Positions 49,063-56,819 of a DNA stretch of 64,000 bases are shown in pieces; position 1 is the stretch's first letter, and the number at the start of each line of letters is the position of its first letter. The stretch covers positions 13,820 through 77,819 of the IMG/VR virus record IMGVR_UViG_3300010158_000051. One strand, 5' to 3'. Source of the stretch: a virus. The translations under genes and the position numbers were made by a program. A model generated the notes under the pieces. The model was not told where the DNA came from and made no database searches. It saw only the letters and a list, made by a program, of their open reading frames with translations.

Positions 49063-49417
49063 GGTATTCCTTGACTTCCTGTTGGTATTCAATGAATGAA
49101 TCAAACGAGTGCCAATTACCATCATCACAAACTTCTTGTGTGATTAGATTTACTTCTACTGTTGTGTCAAAGTAATCTTGGTCTGCTTTTGCTAAATAGA
49201 TTCCGAAACCAGTTTCCTCGTCCCGTCCCTCTTTAGTTAGTTGGTCTATGATGTTGCGAAGTGCGTATGATGTATCACCAATGTTTAGCCGCTTGCTTGC
49301 GAATAACAAAGCGTGTGCCAAATCTTCACGCCAAGAAGTTTCGCCCCAATGTGAATACAGCACAATGTTTGGAAGTTCCTCATCTGTCTTGAATACGAAA
49401 TTGACTCGTGCTCCCAT
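49049..49417 (-). CDS. Conserved phage hypothetical protein ('MGAR...LYSHWG')
   Basis: Recognisable phage motif. TAATG coupling. Confidence 0.65.
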   Translation of the reverse strand: MGARVNFVFKTDEELPNIVLYSHWGETSWREDLAHALLFASKRLNIGDTSYALRNIIDQLTKEGRDEETGFGIYLAKADQDYFDTTVEVNLITQEVCDDGNWHSFDSFIEYQQEVKEYHVGV

Positions 49418-49485
49418 TACATTACACCCCCGATTGCGATTAGAATTGCGATTGCGATTACGCCTAGAATTATGAAGTTTGTCAT
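49417..49485 (-). CDS. 22-aa hydrophobic peptide MTNFIILGVIAIAILIAIGGVM
   Basis: Directly after a TTGACT-N17-TAGGAT promoter. Its stop overlaps the next ATG (TAATG). Confidence 0.55.
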   Translation of the reverse strand: MTNFIILGVIAIAILIAIGGVM

Positions 49486-49504
49486 TTGCCTATCCTATCA
49501 GATT

Positions 49505-49535
49505 GGGGGTGGGGAGTCAATGACCCCCCACCCAA
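49505..49535 (-). terminator. GC-rich hairpin overlapping the next promoter
   Basis: TGGGGGTGGGGAGTCA-A-TGACCCCCCACCCA. Confidence 0.55.
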
Positions 49536-49549
49536 GAGAAGTTATCTAA

Positions 49550-49966
49550 TTAGAGATACTTAGCAATCTGCTTCATAGTGGAAGCATTTACTGTTTCCTC
49601 ATCTGTCATACGCAAGATAGAGAGGGCATTGTTAATTTCCTCTACAATTTCATTGTATGTGTGTTGGTGCATTGTTGTAAAATCACGCTGTGGCTCTGCT
49701 GGGAACTCAGTTTCTTTTACAATCAAATCAAAATCAACATTAAGAGTGTTGTTCCAAGAACGATAGTTTGTGCGGAAGTTTTCAGCCTTCTTGATGTTAG
49801 CGATAGCAAACTCGCCAACTTCCTTACGCCATTTTTCCCGTGACTTTTCATACTTGGCTTCATTTGCTGATTGTTCAGCATAGTCCTTTTTGATTGTTAC
49901 CAACTTTGTTTCCAAAGCCTTGATTACCTTTGGTGTTGCTACCTTTACTGTGATTGCTCTACTCAT
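49550..49966 (-). CDS. Hypothetical early protein
   Basis: AAAGGA RBS and own TGTCAG promoter. Confidence 0.7.
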   Translation of the reverse strand: MSRAITVKVATPKVIKALETKLVTIKKDYAEQSANEAKYEKSREKWRKEVGEFAIANIKKAENFRTNYRSWNNTLNVDFDLIVKETEFPAEPQRDFTTMHQHTYNEIVEEINNALSILRMTDEETVNASTMKQIAKYL

Positions 49967-50117
49967 TTTTTTCCTTTGTTAGTTGGGTTGGAGGTTTTAT
50001 TATACCAGAGGGGTCTGACATAAACTTAGGTGCTAGTTCTTACTTACGACATTGGGCTAGAACTCTAGCAAACTGCCCCTGTTTCGTTATCCCCTATTAT
50101 AGCGTAGGGGTCTGACA

Positions 50118-50345
50118 TTATGCCTCGTATTTGGGCATACCTACCCTGACTTCTTTGTGATTTACAGCACTTAGGATTTTACCCCCAAAGGCTGCAATAA
50201 TCTTTGCCAGTTTTATTTCATCTGCACAGGTGATCTCAACCTGCATATTTTCTAGCATCTCATATTCAATGCCATAGTTCAAGCATTTGCTCAAACCATT
50301 AGACATACGAGCTTTTGACGGGACTTCAACTATTGCAACAGCCAT
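50118..50345 (-). CDS. Hypothetical early protein
   Basis: TAATG coupling. Confidence 0.6.
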   Translation of the reverse strand: MAVAIVEVPSKARMSNGLSKCLNYGIEYEMLENMQVEITCADEIKLAKIIAAFGGKILSAVNHKEVRVGMPKYEA

Positions 50346-50947
50346 TAGTATGCACCTTCTTCTACTCTATCAACATCATAGTCATTGACGCTAATCTCTG
50401 AACCAAAAGAGTCAATAGTTAGGTTATTGCGAACCATATCTTCAATGTCATAGTCGCCGTCTGCCATATCAACTTCAATAGTCATATCAACACGAACCCA
50501 AGCGGTTACTTCAATTTCCTTAGTTAGTGGAACATCAAAGATTTCTGCAATTTGTGAAAGTGTATCTTGCTCTGATGAGTCTGCATAAACTTCTTCAAGC
50601 AAAGTGCGTAGTTGGCTTTCTTTACGATAGTATTCGTTCATTTTTGTTTGATAAGATTTATCACGATAAACCAAAGCACGAACATCTGACTCTGTATAAG
50701 TTTCTGTTCGCTCAACATCATTTTCAGTCCAGTTGAGAGTCATTGTTTGAGGTGCGGTTGTTGTTTCCATAATTTGTTCTTCTTTCTTTTCGGTTGGGTA
50801 TATTGTAGCATCTAGGACTGACAAAAGTGTTAGGTCGCCCTGACACTCAAAACAGTTTTTATCTCTAAGTGTATTTGATTTAGTTGTAATTTCAATTAGT
50901 GCATCACAAATTGAACACACATAATCTTTTTTATACCAGTTAGTCAT
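50345..50947 (-). CDS. Hypothetical protein with N-terminal CxxC..CxxC and a probable internal start at 50770
   Basis: Leaderless ATG after the 50954 promoter. Internal promoter at 50802 and a purine-rich RBS before METTT. Confidence 0.6.
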   Translation of the reverse strand: MTNWYKKDYVCSICDALIEITTKSNTLRDKNCFECQGDLTLLSVLDATIYPTEKKEEQIMETTTAPQTMTLNWTENDVERTETYTESDVRALVYRDKSYQTKMNEYYRKESQLRTLLEEVYADSSEQDTLSQIAEIFDVPLTKEIEVTAWVRVDMTIEVDMADGDYDIEDMVRNNLTIDSFGSEISVNDYDVDRVEEGAY

Positions 50948-51047
50948 ATCGCAATTATAGCGTATAGGACTGACATAGTTCTACTTACCCGTCAGTAGTT
51001 CCAGTATTTGAGACGCTCCCGTAATGTGATAATGGTCACGTAATGGG

Positions 51048-51069
51048 CGACACGCCCGACTGCGTCGGC
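51048..51069. repeat. Dispersed 21-22 bp GC-rich element CGACACGCCCGACTGCGTCGGC
   Basis: Copies at 51048, 52441, 53821, 55247 and 56013. GACACGCC-only copies at 48892, 53760, 57396 and 57714 (reverse). Confidence 0.9.
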
Positions 51070-51073
51070 CCGC

Positions 51074-51107
51074 TGCATATTTATGCATTGCAATGCATAT
51101 TTATAAA
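51074..51107. promoter_or_regulatory. Tandem ARG (ArgR) boxes
   Basis: TGCATATTTATGCA-N6-TGCATATTTATAAA with 20-bp period. Second pair at 56055-56088. Confidence 0.6.
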
Positions 51108-51119
51108 TTAGAAGCTTTG

Positions 51120-51193
51120 CGATTCCAACGGGACTTGAACCCGCAACCTCTACCGTGACAGGGTAGCGATCTAACCAATTGATCTATGGAATC
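51120..51193 (-). tRNA. tRNA-Asp(GTC)
   Basis: GATTCCA/TGGAATC acceptor, CTACC-ctGTCac-GGTAG, GGTTCAAGTCC. Confidence 0.92.
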
Positions 51194-51197
51194 TTGC

Positions 51198-51224
51198 GAG
51201 CAGTTTTAATTCTTGCTCAGGAAT
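51198..51224 (-). ncRNA. Pseudoknot motif, copy 2
   Basis: ATTC-CTGAGCAA-GAAT-TAAAAC-TGCTC. Confidence 0.65.
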
Positions 51225-51230
51225 ATTTTT

Positions 51231-52280
51231 TTAATTTGTAAGAGCGAGAACTTGCTTTACAATTTTATTTTTTTCTGCTGTAACAACTGGGTCAAATCCA
51301 CTTGCACCAGCCATTAGTGAATCGCCATTACCCTTGCGAGCAGTGCGATAGTAATCAAGGCGTTCTGTGAGTGCATTTACAACACCCCACGCTGTGCCCT
51401 TGATATTTGCATTGGTAGGTGAGTTATGATACAACTCATCAACAAGGAGAACTTTATTCTCCCATTTCTTGATTGAACCCTTAGCGTCCTTTTCAGGCTT
51501 AGCATAAATTGAGTTTACAATCTTTGAGAACTGAGCGTTAGTTACCTCACGAGAGAATAATTCTTTCGCCTGTAACTCAAACTCGTCCATGTAAGCAAAA
51601 GTAAGACCAAGAGCCTCACGAGCAGCAGCAATTTTTCCATCTACTGTTTGCGTGTGGCGAATCTTGAAAGATTGCTTAGCCTTTTTCATTGCAAGGTTGA
51701 GAGTGTTTTGGCACATAACACGAACTGGAGTGATTGCAGATTGAACCGCAACTGAACCATCGTGTGAAGTCCAAACGATGAGATAAAGTTTTGTCTCATC
51801 TGCTGCACCATTAGGGTCAAGAATCATAGTGCGGGGAATTGACATTGAGCCATAGACCACACGACCACTCTTTAGAGAACCCGCAGATTCCCAAACTACA
51901 TCAGGATTTCCATCATGAATATTATCTGCAAACGCAAACAAATCTTCATTCTGAACTGTTTTGTAGCGTGAGCCTACAACTGAGAGAACATCTTTTTGTC
52001 CTGCTGTTGTTGGATTATCACGAACTACAAGATAGTTATCTGAAACTGTTGTGTAGTTAGGTTGTAGCAAATCTGAAACAGATTCTAATTGCACATTCCA
52101 ATTAGAGAGATTAGCACCCTGCAACATTTGTGCTGTTGTAACAGCCTCATCTTGCGTGAATACTTTATTGGCGAAAGAGTGCCAAGCGGGATTAGTGCGA
52201 AGATTTACTGCAAGCGTTGCAGAACCATCGTTGATTTCGGATTGGTGAGCAAGATTGCCCACAGGTGATTGAACTGACAT
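51231..52280 (-). CDS. DUF932 (TIGR03299-like phage/plasmid) protein
   Basis: 'PAWH', 'YKTVQNED.F', 'SHDGS....ITPVRVMCQNTL' and 'GTAWG..NA.TE..D'. Confidence 0.88.
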   Translation of the reverse strand: MSVQSPVGNLAHQSEINDGSATLAVNLRTNPAWHSFANKVFTQDEAVTTAQMLQGANLSNWNVQLESVSDLLQPNYTTVSDNYLVVRDNPTTAGQKDVLSVVGSRYKTVQNEDLFAFADNIHDGNPDVVWESAGSLKSGRVVYGSMSIPRTMILDPNGAADETKLYLIVWTSHDGSVAVQSAITPVRVMCQNTLNLAMKKAKQSFKIRHTQTVDGKIAAAREALGLTFAYMDEFELQAKELFSREVTNAQFSKIVNSIYAKPEKDAKGSIKKWENKVLLVDELYHNSPTNANIKGTAWGVVNALTERLDYYRTARKGNGDSLMAGASGFDPVVTAEKNKIVKQVLALTN

Positions 52281-52421
52281 AGGTTTTTCCTTCTTTCTAT
52301 TTGATTGTTAGACTTATTATAACAGGGGGCACTGACATTTGTCCATTTTGAATCGTAAGATAACTAAACATTTGTCCATAATGTCCAAATTTGACAGTGT
52401 GAGAAATCTCACACGTAATAG

Positions 52422-52430
52422 TTATCCACA
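52422..52430 (+). promoter_or_regulatory. DnaA box TTATCCACA (second copy TGTGGATAA at 55966-55974)
   Basis: Perfect 9-mers, both inside intergenic hubs. Confidence 0.55.
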
Positions 52431-52734
52431 CGTAATACACAGACACGCCCGACTGCGTCGGCATTTTTTTGCGGAAATGTCAAGGCAACACGCCGTATTT
52501 ATTTATGAAATACAAAATAAAAAATAGATAGCACTACAGCGATGGCCCCATACACCAATACATACGCTGCAATGCTATCCATTTTATTTTACCCCTCTTT
52601 AAATAAACTCCGTTAGATCTCGATCAGAAATTTCATTTACGTCAACACCTTCAGATTCAGCTATAGCTTCCCATAGGTCCTCTTCAGTAAAGTCACCGTC
52701 AGGATGCCATTCGGCCAATACTTCAAATAAACCT

Positions 52735-53028
52735 TTACTCATAGTCTTCACCTGCAAAGTCATCTTGACACCATGCATCTAAGTGATGCGATTCAATTAA
52801 TGCCCATGCTGGAGCACTATTTTTTCCACGCCAAGATACGCCTTCAGGCAATTCAATTAAACGCTCCTGGCTATCTTCCCAATATGCGTCAATTGCATCT
52901 ATGCAAGGTTGCACCATAGAGTACGGGACGGGTGGGTAATGGTTACCTCGCAAGTGCATTGCAATTGCAGATTCCATATCTAGGCCCAAGGTACCATCCG
53001 CTAATTCATTTGCTAGGTTGCTTCCCAT
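52735..53028 (-). CDS. Conserved actinophage-type hypothetical protein ('HLRGNHYPPVP')
   Basis: Operon packing. Confidence 0.7.
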   Translation of the reverse strand: MGSNLANELADGTLGLDMESAIAMHLRGNHYPPVPYSMVQPCIDAIDAYWEDSQERLIELPEGVSWRGKNSAPAWALIESHHLDAWCQDDFAGEDYE

Positions 53029-53030
53029 TA

Positions 53031-53294
53031 TTAATTACCTGCCAATTCAATAACGGCGTGAGAGCCATCTGCGTTGATACGATATAGTTCTTGTGCAATT
53101 TCCTCACGAGATAAGCCTTTACCTATCAAGTCAAGCACTGCGGATTTATTCATTGCAATAAACGCACCTTCGGGGAGCATTGCAATTCTTGGCATGAAGG
53201 GAGAAGTTGGAGAAACTTTAGAAATAAACTTTACGCCATCCACTTCAAATGGAAAAGAATTCCAGCCAGTTGTGTTTAGTTCATGCATTTTCAT
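53031..53294 (-). CDS. Hypothetical early protein
   Basis: TAATG coupling. Confidence 0.6.
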   Translation of the reverse strand: MKMHELNTTGWNSFPFEVDGVKFISKVSPTSPFMPRIAMLPEGAFIAMNKSAVLDLIGKGLSREEIAQELYRINADGSHAVIELAGN

Positions 53295-53581
53295 TAGTTA
53301 TTTTCACTTTCTACTTGTTGGGTAATTGTATCAAATTCACGGATTTCGTCTGCAATATTAGACATAAGTTGCTCACCTAGGCAAGCATATGCAACGGTTG
53401 TAGCGGTCATAGCGGAGAGAGTTGCAGAATACCGAAACATTAGTTCTGCAATATGATTTAGTTTGCTGAAGTCACCTTCACACAATTCCATTGCCATATC
53501 ACGGGCTGACGACATTACTTCATCTGAAGTAAGGGCTTCGGCTGAAGCCTGCTGGATTTTCATTGCAGTTGCAATAGACAT
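53294..53581 (-). CDS. Hypothetical early protein
   Basis: GAGG RBS and TAATG coupling. Confidence 0.65.
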   Translation of the reverse strand: MSIATAMKIQQASAEALTSDEVMSSARDMAMELCEGDFSKLNHIAELMFRYSATLSAMTATTVAYACLGEQLMSNIADEIREFDTITQQVESENN

Positions 53582-53697
53582 TAGTTTGCCTCTTTCTTGT
53601 TGGGAGTTGTAATTGTAGCAGATAGCACTGACATTGCTTCCACTGTTGATTGCTTGCGTGTCTCTTCGACATGCTTCTTGAATTCATCTAAGTTCAT
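53581..53697 (-). CDS. 38-aa early peptide containing an internal promoter
   Basis: GAAAGG RBS before ATG 53697. Confidence 0.55.
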   Translation of the reverse strand: MNLDEFKKHVEETRKQSTVEAMSVLSATITTPNKKEAN

Positions 53698-54106
53698 GAG
53701 TTTACCTTTCTTGTTGTTGATAATGGAAGTATAGCAGGTTAGACTGACATATTCAACACGACACGCCGTAATTCTCACGTAATGAGACACGTAATCATGT
53801 GACAAATCTCACACGTAATGCGACACGCCCGACTGCGTCGGCCCGTGTCCGTTATGTCCAAATTATTTACGCATAAAAACGCAAATTTTAGATCAGCTAT
53901 TCAAATTTATTTTTATATTTGCGTTTGCGATTATATTTTTTCTTTGACGGAATTGCAGTCGCAGCATTACTGCGACGCAACTCTTGAATTCGCTTTACTT
54001 TTTCCATAATTTTATTCCTCACACTTGCCACAGTAGCAATTTCCTAATTCTTTATTATTGCACTCCTCTTTAGTTAGTGCAGGTTCCCATTTACGCATTA
54101 CATCGC

Positions 54107-54316
54107 TCATCGCTCTACGACCCTTCTGCCTTCACGATAAAAAATTTTGGTATAGCATTTACCTGACGGGGTGTAGAGATTTACAGTAGAATACTTATCT
54201 GCAAATCCCCAGTCAATAAACTTTGCAAACTCTTTGTGTGCTTGCAATTCATCTGAGTATTGTCCTGACCAATAAGGTGAGGTCTGCTCATCATAGGTTA
54301 CTGTAATTTTATACAT
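54107..54316 (-). CDS. Hypothetical early protein
   Basis: GAGG RBS. Confidence 0.6.
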   Translation of the reverse strand: MYKITVTYDEQTSPYWSGQYSDELQAHKEFAKFIDWGFADKYSTVNLYTPSGKCYTKIFYREGRRVVER

Positions 54317-54318
54317 TG

Positions 54319-54504
54319 TTAAGCCTCGCTTCCTGAAAATAATTGGTGGTATTCCGCAACCTCATCAGCGGGAATGTTGTAAGGGTTGCAATCGCAATAA
54401 TCAAAATCATAGTCGCCGTCTGGAGATACCCAGCCAGTTACGCCTTGACCATAGCAATCTGAGCAATTTACGATTTGCTCTAACGCATTTTTTATATTTG
54501 ACAT
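54319..54504 (-). CDS. Small Cys-containing early protein
   Basis: CxxCxGxG...CxC with GAAAGGA RBS. Confidence 0.6.
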   Translation of the reverse strand: MSNIKNALEQIVNCSDCYGQGVTGWVSPDGDYDFDYCDCNPYNIPADEVAEYHQLFSGSEA

Positions 54505-54612
54505 TTAGTTGTCCTTTCTTGTCTGACATTTACATTTTGTTATTTCTATTGTATCACCTGCCACTGACACAGTGGCAAGCGTATCACAATTAGAACAGAT
54601 AAAGATTTCCAT
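54505..54612 (-). CDS. 35-aa Cys peptide (not in ORF track)
   Basis: MEIFICSNCDTLATVSVAGDTIEITKCKCQTRKDN, TAATG-coupled. Confidence 0.5.
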   Translation of the reverse strand: MEIFICSNCDTLATVSVAGDTIEITKCKCQTRKDN

Positions 54613-54845
54613 TAGTTATCTTCAATCTGAACGCAAATTGTTGCGTAAAAATCTGAACCCCAAGTAGAAACTTTTTCGGGATTATAAGTTGGTCGGACTC
54701 TTACAGTATAAGCCTGAAAGTTTGAGCCATACCATACATTATCACGCTTTTCTGCGGATTGGATTATTCCATCTCTATGTCGCCCTAGTGAGCGATAGTA
54801 TTTACCTTCTAATAAGGTTTCTATGTCGTATTTATAAGTTGCCAT
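54612..54845 (-). CDS. Hypothetical early protein (small beta-barrel-like)
   Basis: AAAGGAAG RBS and own TGTCAG promoter. Confidence 0.65.
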   Translation of the reverse strand: MATYKYDIETLLEGKYYRSLGRHRDGIIQSAEKRDNVWYGSNFQAYTVRVRPTYNPEKVSTWGSDFYATICVQIEDN

Positions 54846-56037
54846 TTTAGCACTTCCTTTTCTTTTTTGTTATGCGATTATTGTATCAGAGGGGTCTGAC
54901 ATTTTGGGGGATTTAGAGGGTGTGTCTAAATTATTTATTTGTGATTTATCTCACATTAGAGGCAATTTATGCAATTGCACCCTTTAGATGAGAATAGATA
55001 CTTTAGCAATTCCTTGCGAGTATAAGCGTCTAATCCATAAGACGATTTAACACCACCATTGTGGTATTCGTGGACTATTGTTGAGAATAGTGTTTCATTT
55101 AGTGTAGTCATTTTGACCACCTTTCTTTATTTTCTAATACTGGAAGTATAACAGATAAAACCGCTACTGTCTAGTATACTGGGTAGTAGTCTCACTATTT
55201 GGAGCGTGAACTTTGTGAGAAAAATCACATCTTACGTAAGCGTGTGCGACACGCCCGAGTGCGTCGGCATTTTTTTGCAGCTGTTACACTGCAAAAATTT
55301 TATTTGAAATCTTTAAAAATTTCTTCAACAATTTTTAATTGCTCATCATTAAGATGATCCAATTGAATTGCATCTGCAAAACCAAAAATATCTTTTTCCA
55401 TTATTCAACCTCTTTCCATTCAAAACAATAAGAATCTGAAACAAAATTATTTTTTATTACATTGTCAAAAATTGATAACGCTTGGTCATCATTTTCTGCA
55501 TCAATGTCTAACCAAACACCAAATGTGTATTTTTTCATTAGAGGGCTCCCTCTTGAAATAAACCAATTTCAATGTCTAGCATTTCAGCGGGAGTGGCTTC
55601 GGATAAATCTACCCAACCAGCACCCTCTTCATTTATACGAAAAATTTCAATGTAACCCATTATTTTACCCACTCACTTATTTCATAGTAGGACATAAATT
55701 CTGCAAGAGTCATTAGACCCTTGTATTCATTACAGGATACGCAGAAATTTTCATTAGCGTATTGTGAACAGAAACAGCAAACAATTTTATTTGCATACTC
55801 TACAGGGAGAGTGTTTAGTGTAAATGTAGTCATTTTAGACCACCTTTCTTTAGAGGATTTCTTTACCTCTTGTTTTTCTTTATACTGTAATTATAGCAGG
55901 GGGGTCTGACATTTACTGACGGGTAACTATGACAAATCGGACATTTCAAAATGTGACTTACATCATGTGGATAACTTGAGCGTAAAATTTAATGTGACTT
56001 AAGTCATGTGGACGACACGCCGTCAGCGTCGGCACTT

Positions 56038-56053
56038 TCGAACAAACGTTCGA
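56038..56053. promoter_or_regulatory. Actinobacterial LexA (SOS) box
   Basis: TCGAAC-AAAC-GTTCGA, a perfect match to TCGAAC-N4-GTTCGA. Confidence 0.8.
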
Positions 56054-56090
56054 ATGCATATTTATTCATGATCGTGAATAAAAAAGCTGC

Positions 56091-56118
56091 GAGCAGTTTT
56101 ATAACTTACTCAGGTTAT
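56091..56118 (-). ncRNA. Pseudoknot motif, copy 3
   Basis: ATAAC-CTGAGTAA-GTTAT-AAAAC-TGCTC. Confidence 0.65.
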
Positions 56119-56123
56119 TTTTT

Positions 56124-56306
56124 TTATTCGTGTTTTAGATTTTTGTAGACTTCTTCGTGAAATCTATCGCTATCAAATTTCTCGTTATCATCTGCGAACA
56201 TCTGAGAAAAATCATAGACTAAATCTTCGAATACTTGTTGCGGAATTTCATCACCATAAGAGTTTAGAATTTCTGCTGTTGCTACATAGTCTTTGCGTGT
56301 CATCAT
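56124..56306 (-). CDS. Conserved small phage protein ('MTRKDY...A......F..DN..FD..RF')
   Basis: AAAGGA RBS and a widespread phage motif. Confidence 0.75.
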   Translation of the reverse strand: MMTRKDYVATAEILNSYGDEIPQQVFEDLVYDFSQMFADDNEKFDSDRFHEEVYKNLKHE

Positions 56307-56332
56307 TTTTTTATGTGTCCTTTTCTTTTTAG

Positions 56333-56503
56333 TTACTTGCTTGTTTTTACCATAGCAAAACGGCGAGAGCCATTTGCTAAAACTAAACTAACGCGAGTTA
56401 CCTTATTAGAAATCGGGGAGAAAGAAGCGATACGACCTGTAACGCCTGTCTTGCTAGTAGTGAAGAGGTCTCCGATTTGGTATGTGTATCCTGATAGTGT
56501 CAT
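56333..56503 (-). CDS. Small SH3/KOW-like protein, paralog B (not in ORF track)
   Basis: MTLSGYTYQIGDLFTTSKTGVTGRIASF..., with AAAGGA RBS. Confidence 0.7.
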   Translation of the reverse strand: MTLSGYTYQIGDLFTTSKTGVTGRIASFSPISNKVTRVSLVLANGSRRFAMVKTSK

Positions 56504-56540
56504 TCTGTTATGTCCTTTTCTTTTTGTTGGGTTTTGTGTT

Positions 56541-56569
56541 GAGCAGTTTTAATAGACTTGCTCAGGTCT
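56541..56569 (-). ncRNA. Pseudoknot motif, copy 4
   Basis: AGAC-CTGAGCAA-GTCT-ATTAAAAC-TGCTC. Confidence 0.65.
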
Positions 56570-56589
56570 TTTAGCGTATTTCGCTAAGG

Positions 56590-56751
56590 TTAGATTGTTA
56601 CTGTGGTGAAACGCTCTTCGCCATCAACATCAAGAAGCACTACTGTGCGGTTTGCGTCTTTTGGCTCGATTGCTTTGATGACTCCAGTAATTCCGCTCTT
56701 CTGTGTTGTGAAGAGGTCGCCTACTTGGTATGTCTTATTTGCTACTGTCAT
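56590..56751 (-). CDS. Small SH3/KOW-like protein, paralog A (not in ORF track)
   Basis: MTVANKTYQVGDLFTTQKSGITGVIKAIE..., with AAAGGA RBS and own promoter. Confidence 0.7.
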   Translation of the reverse strand: MTVANKTYQVGDLFTTQKSGITGVIKAIEPKDANRTVVLLDVDGEERFTTVTI

Positions 56752-56819
56752 TTTTTTGTCCTTTTCTTTTAGGTGGTGATTTTCCTAGTATAGCACTAGG
56801 GTCTGACATTTTGTCAAAT

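Noticed and set aside
50021-50095. Assignment as an HDV-like/theta ribozyme
   Set aside because: I could not map the nested double pseudoknot or the catalytic C by eye. Kept only as an unassigned candidate RNA.
52339-54009. Plus-strand ORFs containing 'RHARLRR' (52339, 53818)
   Set aside because: They are translations of the GACACGCC DNA element, antisense to the local transcription direction.
51048-56033. 22-bp repeats as a CRISPR array, with the Cas4-like gene as a cas gene
   Set aside because: Repeats are 0.8-1.4 kb apart with genes between them. The Cas4-family nuclease sits in the recombination operon and no other cas genes are present.
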